Shown here: positions 27,067 through 38,430 of the stretch, in pieces
How the letters are laid out: the number at the start of each line of letters is the position of its first letter
Numbering within the stretch: position 1 is the stretch's first letter
Source of the DNA: Piromyces finnis finn
Lineage: Eukaryota; Fungi; Neocallimastigomycota
NCBI GenBank assembly: GCA_002104945.1
Contig: MCFH01000008.1
Coordinates: forward strand, 124,001 to 188,000
Length of the DNA stretch: 64,000 bases
Reading direction: 5' to 3'
Translations under genes and position numbers: made by a program
The notes under the pieces: generated by a model
What the model was told of the DNA's origin: nothing
Databases searched by the model: none
The model's input: only the letters and a program-made list of their open reading frames with translations

Positions 27067-28608
27067 CTTGTTGTTCTTGTAAATGATAATAGTTCATTTA
27101 AATTTTTAATATCAATCGAATTAATATATACCTTTTAAAGTCTTGTTTTGAAAAATACATGAAACATATTATATTAAAATATAAGAAAAATATTCGTTTA
27201 TTATTTATATAGAATAGATATATTTTGGTATTATTGTTAGTAAATTGTTACCTTATAAGTTGGTTCTTTCCAATGTAGATCATCTTTTCGAGATAATCCA
27301 ATGGCACCATATTTTCCCCGAATTTTTACAGCAAGAACTATATGTCGATATATTTTCCCATTCATTTCTGATTTAAATGAAAGGGAAAATCGATCTACTA
27401 TAGTTAGACTATCAGTCAAATATGTATGAATATCGTTCAAAAAAAAAAGTTAAATGATATAACAATTAAAATATACTATTTTTACTAATTAAAATTTAAT
27501 TATATAATAAAAGGATATATTCCAAGAATGGTTGCTTCTAAACATTTAATAGGTAGTCCTGTATTTATCATTAATTTTGCCATATTCATTAAAGAACTAT
27601 ATGATGCTGATTTATTAATTTCAAAAAATGGAATTCCCAAGTTATTATAACCAAGTTTATTTATATATTGCTCTTTTGAATATATGTATATACAATTTTT
27701 ATTATTATATAGATAAAATAAAAATAAATTATTAATTATATATATTATCATTATTAAGGGTTTAAGGATATTAAAAAAAAAAAAAAAAGTTATTGAAACG
27801 TTACGAATTTTCTCTAATTTAACAATTGAAGGTTCATCACTCATTATCCCTATTGCTGGTTTTTTAGGAATAGAATAGATAGTTTTTAATGTTTTACTTT
27901 CCTTAAAAGCATCTAGGGTTTTAAAATTTTTTAAAGATGAAATAAAAGTATCTATTGATTTTACTTTTTTAATATCTATAGGTCAATATGATGCCGTATT
28001 AATGTTTTAATAAAATATTTTAAATAATATAACGTTATCCAAATATTTATATATTATTTTTTTTTTTAGCATAAACAGATTTATATTGTATAATATGAAT
28101 TGATTGTAAAGAATTTTTTTTTAATTTTTTATAACAATTTTCATTGTTCCATGTTATTATTTTAGCCAATATCAAGGTTTGGTCAATTTTTATTAAATAA
28201 TGATTTTATTACAAAAAAAAAAAAAAAAAAACGGAAAAATTGTGTTAATTATAGAGTATTTTTAAATCCAAAATTCTTTTATTATTTTTATTTTTTTATT
28301 TTTACTGTACCATCTTCTTTAAAGATAGGATGTTCAGAATCCAATTTTAGAATAATATTTAATAATTCTTGATAAGCTTTATCATCAATATTACTTTTTA
28401 ATAACTGTTTTTCATCAAAGCATGAGAATGGGAAATTTTGTTTTTTTTTAATATAACTACTGGTAATAATATTTTTTTGTAAGGATTGATAATATAAAAT
28501 CATTTTTTTTATAATATTTTCCAATTTTTCTCGAGGATATTCATTTTCAATTTTTTTATATAGAGAAGTCATAAAAGTATTCGATAGAAAAGGCGATAAA
28601 TCTTCCAT
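26522..28608 (-). CDS. VASH: Vasohibin (tubulin detyrosinating carboxypeptidase, transglutaminase-like), multi-exon
   Basis: Spliced core: IQQYINKLGYNNLGIPFFEINKSAS...GLPIKCLEATILGI/YLTDSLTIVDRFSLSFKSEMNGKIYRHIVLAVKIRGKYGAIGLSRKDDLHWKEPTYK/TLK/ELILDYKKAYQR/HNHNLLEVKFG. It is colinear with vasohibin (LPIKCLEAVILGIYLT...RHIV...YGALGMSRREDL...TLSELVLDF...HVLKKVKLG), with catalytic Cys, His and Ser present. Confidence 0.93.
27132..27141 (-). other. 10-nt micro-exon (ACTTTAAAAG) of vasohibin
   Basis: caag/ACTTTAAAAG/gtatat supplies TLK and the phase needed for ELILDY (cf. vasohibin TLSELVLDF). Confidence 0.82.
27424..27518 (-). other. U12-type (minor spliceosome) AT-AC intron, 95 nt, in vasohibin
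   Basis: On the minus strand it begins ATATCCTTTT (canonical U12 5' splice site) and ends ...ttcatAC. Removal gives GGA AT/A TAT TTG = G-I-Y-L; no GT-AG pair restores the motif. Confidence 0.9.
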
Positions 28609-30700
28609 TTTTAAATAACTTCAAAATTTAACAATTTTATATTATTTATTTTTAAATTGTTATAAATATATTCGATTTATAGAAATAATGAAAGATTGTA
28701 GTAAAAATAAAATGGATAATTAATTTATATGTTTAAAAAGAATGGAAATGGGAAAAAAAAAAAAAAAAAGATTTTTTTATATATAGATATATATATATAT
28801 TTTATTCTTTCTTCCCTTTATAATATTAATAAAGGAAATAGAATAAAAAGAAAGATAGAAAAAAAGGATTAGAAAGATATACCATATACTTTATATTTAT
28901 TTTTAATATATAATAGTTTTTAAATTCCTATTATCTTATTTTACTACATTATAAAATTTTAATAATTAAAAAAAATATATATATAAGATTTTTTAAATAA
29001 TCAGAATTTATGAATTTAATCTTTTTTTTTTTTTTTTTCTTAATGAGTCATGTTTTTAAGTATATTACATTTCTTTTTCTTTTTTTTTTCTTTTTTTTTC
29101 TTATCTTTAAAAAATAATATTAATTATTTACTTTTTGATCTATATAAATACTATAATCCCCTTTTTTTTTTTTTTTACCTAAAGCGAATATAAAATATAA
29201 ATCTAGCTATTTAAAATTAGGTTGCCAATAAATAGTTTAAGATGTTAAAATTCATTTTTTTAAAGTTATTTCAAAAAATATTAAAATATTAATAATTAGT
29301 GTTTTTCTTTTCTTTTTTTTTTTTTTTTTTTTTTTTTAATTTTTATTCCCCATTTTTTTATTCATTTTTGGAGAAAAAAAAAAGAAATAATAAAAAATAT
29401 GGAATTTGTTATTCATTGTAAAGTTTTTTTAAAATCTCTATTTTTGTTTCTTACTTTTTAATAAAGTTATTTAGAGGAGGAGATTTAAATATTAACATTT
29501 CAAAGAAGGATAACTCCAAAGAAATAGTTTTTTTTTTATATTTTTATAATACATCTATAAATGGTAATATAAATAAAAATATATTAAACTTGAATCAAAT
29601 AACTTCTATAGTAATTTTAAAGACTTTAAAAAAGAAAACTAATTTATTTTTGAATTACTAATAAGTCTTTTTTTTTTATATTTAGTAATAATGAAATAAC
29701 AACAAAAATCAACTTTTTATTTTATATAGCTAAATATATATATATATAATATTTTGATATAATTAATATTTAATAATTGCATGAATATATTATATAAAAA
29801 GCTTCTCAAAAAATAGACTAATCTTCAATAATTGTTTTAACCAAATTATCAAAATTTTAAAAAACAACAAATTTATATAGTTTAACTTTGTGTTACCCTA
29901 AATATAATTTATATTTTAATAGGGTTATATAAAAAAAAAAAAATTTTATTTTTAATATTTCTTTTATAACCCATGGTATTTCAATTCAAAAGGTGTACTA
30001 TCATTCATTAAAATTACTCTTTTTTATGTTAAGATTCATTAGTTAACACTAAATTTTATATTATTCCTGTAATATTTATATAAAAATGTATGATAACAAT
30101 AACAATAATAATAATAATATAAATATTCTAAAATAAAATAACTTTGTAATTAATACAATGAAGTAAAAATTATAAAAATATATATATATATTTTTACCAT
30201 TATAAACGCAATTAAATTTAAAATAATAAACTTAATGATGAATAACAAGATATAAATATATATATTGAACTTTGTAATTTAATTTATTTTTTATTAGTTT
30301 TATTTTTATGATTTTCGTTAAAATTAAGGAAAAAATTACGCAGATTATTTTTTCTTCTTCTTTTGTATATTTATATATGAAAAATAAAATGTCATTAAGA
30401 TATTTTATTAATATTCGATTACAATAATAATTACTTTTTTTCATAACCTTTTCTTATTATATAATTATAAAATATCAAAGGAAAAAAAAAAAAAGTGTAA
30501 AAAAAATTGGTGATTTGTTCAAAAAAAAAAAAAATATTTAATTAGTATTATAGTTGAAATAGAAATCCGATAAAAATATTAAAATCATTGTTTATCAATT
30601 GATGATTGTTTTTAAATATTAAAATTTAAAATAGTATAATCTATATAATCTATATAATATACTATTATAATATTTTATTTATTTTTTTTTATTTATTTAC

Positions 30701-33700
30701 TTATATTATTTCATATTCATCTAGTAAATCAGCTTCTTCTTTTTTTTGCTTAATTTGTTTTTCTAGTTCTGAATCATCATAAATATCAAATTCAAAAGTA
30801 TCAAATTGTTGTTGTATATTATCCTTTCCTTTTTTACTAGAGGTATGTCTTCCTTGAACTTTACTATCATAAGTTGATTCATCTTTATCGGTTACTTCTT
30901 CAATTTGAATGATTTCTATATCAGAAAATTCATCCTTTTCATTCGTTTTTTTATTTTTATATTCTTCTTCAAAAATTTGTTTTCCTTTCTCTATATAATA
31001 ATTCAATTCATGAGAATTGTCTGGCTCATTCTCATTTTCAACAAAATCTACCACATTATTATTATTGTTTTCGTTGAGATCTTTTTTATGATCATCCCTA
31101 TTGAAAATATCACTTTCATCTGCCATTTGAGTTCTTAACAGTTCTAATTCTTCATTTGTTTCATCATCATCATTAATATCGTTTCTATTGATATTATTAT
31201 TAGAATCGTCTTCTACACTAATAGGAGAATAACTATGATAATCAAAGGAATCTTCTGATATTAGAGAACTCATATCTTCGTCAATTATTTTATTGGTAGG
31301 AATTTGTGATTTAATAGGTGACCTTACAATATCTGGATGCTGTTGTTTTTCTACATCATCTATGTCTTTATAATTAATAATACCATTGGAAAATTCTTCA
31401 ACTTCTTTTGTTACTGAAGAGATATCATTAGCCTCTGAAGTTTTCATTGCACTTTCTTCTTTTTCATTATTAATAAGGTTAGTTGTTTTTTCATATTCTG
31501 AAAATGTAGCCTCCTTCATTTTAATTACCGGTTCTTTTTTGATTGGATTATCATTTAAAGAAGTGATATTTTCATTTATAGTAGTAGTAGTAGCAGCAGC
31601 AGCAGTAGTAGTATTTTTAGTATCTTCTGTTATTTCTGAAGTATGTTCTATAGGTACACCTAAAAATTCATCAGCAACAAATCTTGAAGAATCAGCAAAA
31701 CTTGTAATACTACTAAGAAGTGAATTCTTAACAGAATTAAAAATAACTCTACTAGGACTTAATGGGCTTGGCTGTTCTTTGTTGGATTCTTTGATGTTTT
31801 CTTGCTGTTCCGATTGTATTTCATGGATTTCAATATTATTGACAGAATTAACCAAGTTATTTGATTTAGCCGGTATATTTGATTCCATTGTTTCATTTGG
31901 TTTAATTGTTTCTTTTGATTTAACTACTTCATCTAATTCAACTACTTTAATTGATTTAACTATTTCATTTGTTTCAGCTACTTTATTTGATTCACCAGTT
32001 ACTTTATTTGGTTTAACCACTCCTTTTAATTCAATCACTTTATCTGGTTCAACAATTTCTTTTAACTCAACTTCTTTATTTGGCTCAACTGCTTTATTTA
32101 TTTTAGATAGTTCAATCACTTCTACTGATTTATCAGAAGTATTACTTTTATTGCCTAAAATCTCTTTAGATTTTATTTTTTCCAATTTTTTCTTTGCGAA
32201 ATCTTCTTTATATTTATTAAATTGCTCAATATAATAGTTATTTGAATGTTCCGTATTATTTCTACTTTTAATAATTGGCTTCTCATAACTATCAATAGAT
32301 ACTTCTGTTGAAGTTGTCGTTGTATCCGTTGTTGTTGAAATATCATCATTATTGTTGTCATGACTATTTGTTCTGTCTGATTCATTGAATGAACCAAGAA
32401 TGAAATTAGTAATCTTCTCATCTTTTTCATCTAAACTATCTAAAAAGTTGTTAACACCAGTTTTTATTCCAGTAGTAATATTATTAAAAATATTTCTGAC
32501 CGAATTAAATGGATCTGGTGGAATAGAAGATGATCTGTTTATATTATGTGATGAGGTTTGAGTTTCAATAAATGGGTTAGTAATTTTTGGTGATCCATTA
32601 TTTGTTGAATTAGATGAAGCTTGAGCTTGAACAAACGAGTTAGCATGTTTAGTTGATCCATTATTTGTTGGATTAGATGAAACTGGAATATCATTTAATG
32701 AATCATTCGATAAAGGGTTTTGGAATCCATTTGTATTATTAGTAGTGACCTTTTCATTATTACTTAAATTATTTGTAGTGTTATTCATGTCATTAGTATC
32801 ATAATCATATTCATTACCAAGGATAAAATTGGTGATTTCTTCATCCTTTTCATCAATATAATTTAATAAGTCATCTATACCAGATTTGACTTCTAATACC
32901 ATATTATTGATAAAGTTTTTAACTCCTTCAATAGTTTCATTGGTATTGGGTTGATTAAACGGTGGATCATTAATAGTATTTGATGTTGAATTGGTTTCAG
33001 TGGAAGAAGTACTATTACCTTGATTTCTGCTATCCAATTGATTAAGAATGTCATTGAGAAATATATTTTTATATGCAGAATATTGATTGATAATATTTGA
33101 AATTTTGTTAATAGTTTCGTTAAAATCATTATTAATAGAATCAGTTGTATTTTTAATATTTTCCTTAATTTTTCTAATTTCATCTGGATATTGATTATTA
33201 CATTCATTACCAATTATTCTAATAATATTTTGTACCATGTCAACATTATTTTTAGTTTGGTTTCTTAATGATTCAACAACCTTTTTGTATTCCTCATTAT
33301 GATGATCAATATTATTCTTTACCGATTCCTTTATTTGATTAATTTCGTTTGGATACTCATTAGCAATAATATTTGTAATATTTTGAACAATATCTGTATC
33401 TTCCCTAGTTTGATTTTTAATGTTTTCGATAATTTTTCTATAGGCATCAGTTTGAAGGTTAATACTATGTTTAACAATATCCCTGATTGTCATATTAGTA
33501 AATTCAGAATTATCCGTTTGACTTGATTGATTAACAGTAAATCTTTGTGAAGTTTCACTTTTATGAAATGCGGCTGATGATGGATTTTCCGTAGTTTGAG
33601 CACTTTTTCCTTTTGATGTGCTTGCTATATTATCATAATTTTCAGAGTTTATTTCGTTTGTAGGCATTCCTTCTTTAACCATATTTTTTGACTCTTTTTT

Positions 33701-34388
33701 TTCAAGAGTATCAACTGGTGGTTGTGATGGCATAATTTTCTTATTCTCAGGTTCTGTATTTGCATACTCGGAAGGTTTAATATTATTTGGAATATTTTTT
33801 TTCTCAACTGATTGTGACTGTGATTGTGATTGTACATTAGTATTATTTTGATTGTCTGATGAAGTTCCTATAAATATATATATAATATATCTTGTTATTA
33901 TGAATCATTTTTAAATTTAAATAATATATTTATTGTAGGTTAAAAAAAATATTCCAAAAGCTACTACCATATTCTGTAATATATAATGACAATCCTTGAC
34001 CCAAAGTTCTATCGATTGCTTTCCATAAATCTTCTTGTGAAGAAATAAAATAGAATTCTAATTATTCCAATAATTTTTTTTATTATAATAAAATATAATT
34101 ATAAAAAACTTAATATATATTTGATATTCTACTTTTTAAAAAATTTATGTGTATAGGCATATACACTTGTAACGTTTTTAATACTTGCCGTTACTATAAT
34201 TATATTCAATCATAAATAATACATTATCATCCAAATTGAAAATATTTTTTATAATAATTTTTAGGGTTTCATAATCACCTAAACCCGAAAGAGGTAATTT
34301 GAAATTTTTAATATGCCATTTTAACTATAAAAGTAACATTTACAATTTAGTTAAAAAGAATTATGAATTAATTATATATATTATTATG

Positions 34389-34427
<39 letters not shown>

Positions 34428-34552
34428 AATATTAATAAGAAAAGAGTAATTATAATATAATTTTATTATAATGTTATATTTTTTTCTTTTCTTTTTTTTT
34501 TTTTTTAAGATATATATACCTGGGCTTTAATTTGAATTTCACTTCCATTCAT
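30701..34552 (-). CDS. Uncharacterised ~1100-aa protein: N-terminal PB1-like domain, internal helical repeats, acidic C-terminus ending in LIR/AIM-like DEYEII
   Basis: Exon 1 MNGSEIQIKAQ (ATG 34552) splices to LKWHIKNFKLP...YETLKIIIKNIFNLDDNVLFMIEYNYSN/EFYFISSQEDLWKAIDRTL, which resembles PB1 with an OPCA-like motif. A phase-1 junction then leads into the ~3.2-kb terminal exon (track ORF 30701-33733 extends upstream in frame). The last donor (gtcaag) is tentative. Confidence 0.62.
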
Positions 34553-36753
34553 TTTATTACTGAATTATAAATGTTATTAAATTTTGTTTATGTTTTTTTT
34601 TTTTTTTTGAAAAAAGTTTTGTCTTACAATATAGTAAAATATATTTTATTATTTTTAAAAAGTATAACTATTATTTAAGTTGATAACTTTTTGGTATGTA
34701 ATTATTTTTAGTTTTTAAAATATAAGTTAAAAGTGTTGGTGTGTAATTGTTTAATGCTTTACTTATATATTCAATATTAAAATATAACTATTAATTTATA
34801 GTTTTAAAAGTGTTTTTTTTATTTTTTTTCTGGTTTAGATAGATTACTTTCAGTAGTTTTGTTTTAATTATTATTTATTTTATTTGAAATTTTGTTTTTT
34901 AAAGGGTTCAAAAAAAAAAAAAAAAAAGAAACTTTTGAAATTTATTTTTTATTTATTAATTTAATTTATATTTTATTGAATATTCTCTTTTTTCCAAATT
35001 TTAATTTTAATTAGTCATCCATAATATATTTTAATATATTGAAAAAATAAAAAAAAATTTCAATTTCAATTTTTTTTAAAAAAAAGGAATTACTTTTTAT
35101 AGTTGATACTAATGCTACATTATACTACATTATATATCTTAAAATACCTTCATTATCATAAGTAGTTTATAACCTACTAATGCAGGTAGAAATATAAAAG
35201 TTAAAAAAAAAAAAAGATTCTTTAGTATAATATAAAGATTTTAAAAAATGACTCTAAACTACACACGATTGTTATTATATAATATATAAATATTATTAAG
35301 TTATAGAAGATGAAAGAAAGCATCTCTATTTATGTAATGTAATTCCCATATCCTTTTATGTAATATTAACAAAAGTCAATATATCTAATAATAACTATTT
35401 GTGATAACACACCCATTCTTAAATATATTAGTAATGTAAAAACAAACAATAATAATGAAGTATATCATTAAAAAAATCCATTTATTAATGTAACGAGAAT
35501 ATTAAAAGCATTTTAATTAATAGCATTTCATTTCATTTCATATCTAGTTAATATTATTAATGTTTGTAAGAACAGAAAGGCTAAAAAATAAATTTTGGGA
35601 TGGGAAAACTTTTTAGCCACCAATTTATTAGATGAGAATAATAAATTGAATATCTTTAAAATTAATGTAGTTTTAACATACTTTTAATAATTCAAATTAA
35701 ATATCAAGGAAAGGATTAAAATATAGATATATTATAGATATACCTAAAATATAAATTATCACTTTTAAAACTTATTCATGCTTGTTATTATTATTGTTTT
35801 AAAAAAGATGTTTTTTTTTTTTGAATGTTGATAATTTCTTAACTATGTGGAAAAATTATTAATAAAATTGAAAATGTTACACAAAATAAATGAATTTTAT
35901 TTCTATTAAAAAAACCAATTTTGAAAGGTGTTAAAAGAATTAATAAAAAGTTGTTAATGTTTAATTAGAATTGAATAAATAAGTAAATGAATGACGATTA
36001 TTAAAATAAGTTATAAAATAACTATTATATAAAGTCAACTATTAAAATAAAATAATATTTATATTTGATTTGATAAAAAGACAACTATTTATTCAAGTAT
36101 ATAAGTATATATTATTATAAAATAAAGATGAAGTAGGATAAAAAAATATTTCTTTATTAATCGTTACCTTTTTTTTTTTTTTTTTTTTTATAAAAAAGTA
36201 TAATAATATTAAAAGAAAGAAAGGAATCATTGTTAAAAGTGATTCCTATATTTAAAATGTGTATATATATTAATAAATAATACCATTTCACATTATTTAA
36301 CAATTCATGATAACCACAATAAAAAACACATGAATAATATTAAAATATGTAAATAATCCATATATTAAATTGAAATTAATTAAATTTTGTAATGATTAAA
36401 ATTTTTAAAACAAAAGCGTACACCAAAAAAAAAAAGTGTTAGTTTATAAAAGAGAAGAAAAATCCTTAAAAGAAATGTATATAATCATGAATAGGAATAA
36501 TAACTTTTTGAAAATAATATCTTATTTTTTTGAAAGAATTATAATTACATAAATATAAAAATATTAAATACTAAAATAAACATTATTCACAAGTACAAAT
36601 AAATAAAATTCTTAAAAACTAATTTTTAAAATGAATTTCTAACCATGGCATATTTAAATTATTATTATTTTTCAAAATACTTTTAGGTCTATTTCAACTA
36701 ATATTAAAAATTAATAAAGTTAAATAAATATATATATATATATACAATTAGTC

Positions 36754-38395
36754 ATGGAAACTATTGATGAATTAATTAAAGAATACTTATTATTCAGAGG
36801 TATAAACTCTATTTTTGGGAAATTAAATGAAATGAATATTCTCAATTTTTATTTTAATTTGTTATAATGAAGAAATTATTATTATTATTTATTATTATTT
36901 TTTTCTTATTTATTAATATATAAATTACATATAATTTATAATGTTGAATATTATTCATTACCTTAAACATTAAAAGGTTTTTTCAACACATTCAGAAATT
37001 TCGATTTAGAATCAAAAAATGATAGAGATAAAGGCTTTAAAGTAAATTTGCTTTTAAAGTTTTAAATTTATTAATAAAATAGCAATACATACTAAATTTA
37101 TGAATGTATATTCAAAATTATATATAACATTATAAGGCCGAGTTGGTGGTAGAACAGTTATTTTCATATATTAACTCAAGTGACATAAATGGGTTAATGG
37201 AATTTTGGAAGTATTTAGACAATCGGTTTTTTACACAAATTGATTCTAGATTTTGTTTAACTCTAAAACGAATGGAAATAAGTTTATTAAAATATTATAT
37301 AGTAGTTCAATTACAAAAAAACAAAAAAGATAAAATATTAGAATTTTATAATATACTCGGAAATGAATTGCTGGGAAAACATGAATGGGACCATAATTGG
37401 TTTGGTAATTATTATATTAACAGTCAAAATAGCAAAACATTATACTTTATTTTTTTTTTAAAAAAAAATTATTCAAAGTATAAAAATATAATTTAAATTA
37501 AAGATTTTTATACTTTTTTTAATAATTTAAATAATATTTATATTATATATATATTTTAAATTTAAAATTTCTTTCTTTCTTTCTTTTTTTTTTTTTTTTT
37601 TTTTTTTGCTTTGATAGCTATTCCTTTTATTAAAAAACCAGAAACAAATCCATTATTTAAAATTTATTTTTCAAAACAATGGCTTGAAACCTTTACTTCT
37701 TCATTAACCAATTTTTTAAATACAATATTTCAAAATATAAGTAAATATTAATATTATATATATGCATAGAACAAAGATATATTTTTTTATTATCAATAAC
37801 ATTTTTTTTATTAAACAACTATTATTATAGCATTACCAAGTTTGTTAAACTTTAACACTGATAGATATATACGAAAGGCTCAAGAATGTGAAATTCAAGC
37901 CTTAAGAAACTTAATTGATAATTTAAAAGCTGTAATTTAAATTTTCCTATATAATTAAATAAATATTGTAAAAGTTTTAATTAAAATTGTAAAAATCATT
38001 TATACACAATAGGAATTGGATGCTAGTGATAATAAAATAACATCATTACGTCAAATGGTAAGTATGAATAATATATATATTAAAAATGGTTTCCAAACAT
38101 CTTCATTAATGGTTTTAATAATAATTATAAATAAATAAATAAATAAATAAAAAAAAAAGCTTTCACAAAACTATAATCCAATTTCAGAAAAGGACATCAA
38201 ACCTATAAATGAAAATTTAAATGATGATTTAAAGTAAAATTCTATTATATATTTAAAATAAGTATTTTTTATTTAATATATTTAACATTTACTCCCACTT
38301 TTTAATATAGAATCAATAAATCATCAGAAACGGATGAGTCTCAACAAAAGAAATTAAGTAATAAGAAATCTGAAGAGTAAGATTTTCATAAGTAG

Positions 38396-38430
<35 letters not shown>

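Noticed and set aside
29893-29972. Overlapping short inverted repeats (accct...agggt; gggttata...tataaccc) as a MITE or structured RNA
   Set aside because: Stems are 8 bp or less in very AT-rich DNA, with no target-site duplication or second copy seen.
28609-30700. RFX/X-box motifs upstream of ciliary genes (e.g. gttgccaat, ataacccatggtatt)
   Set aside because: Only half-site or heavily mismatched matches to GTNRCCATGGYAAC.
35348-35357. Second ATATCCTTTT U12-like donor on the + strand
   Set aside because: Intergenic; no flanking exon with a recognisable product or matching AC/AG plus branch site could be built.
35570-35625. Hairpin with Sm-like site (ggctaaaaa...aattttgg...tttttagcc) as an snRNA
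   Set aside because: No recognisable U1/U2/U4/U5/U11/U12 sequence; would need an Infernal hit.
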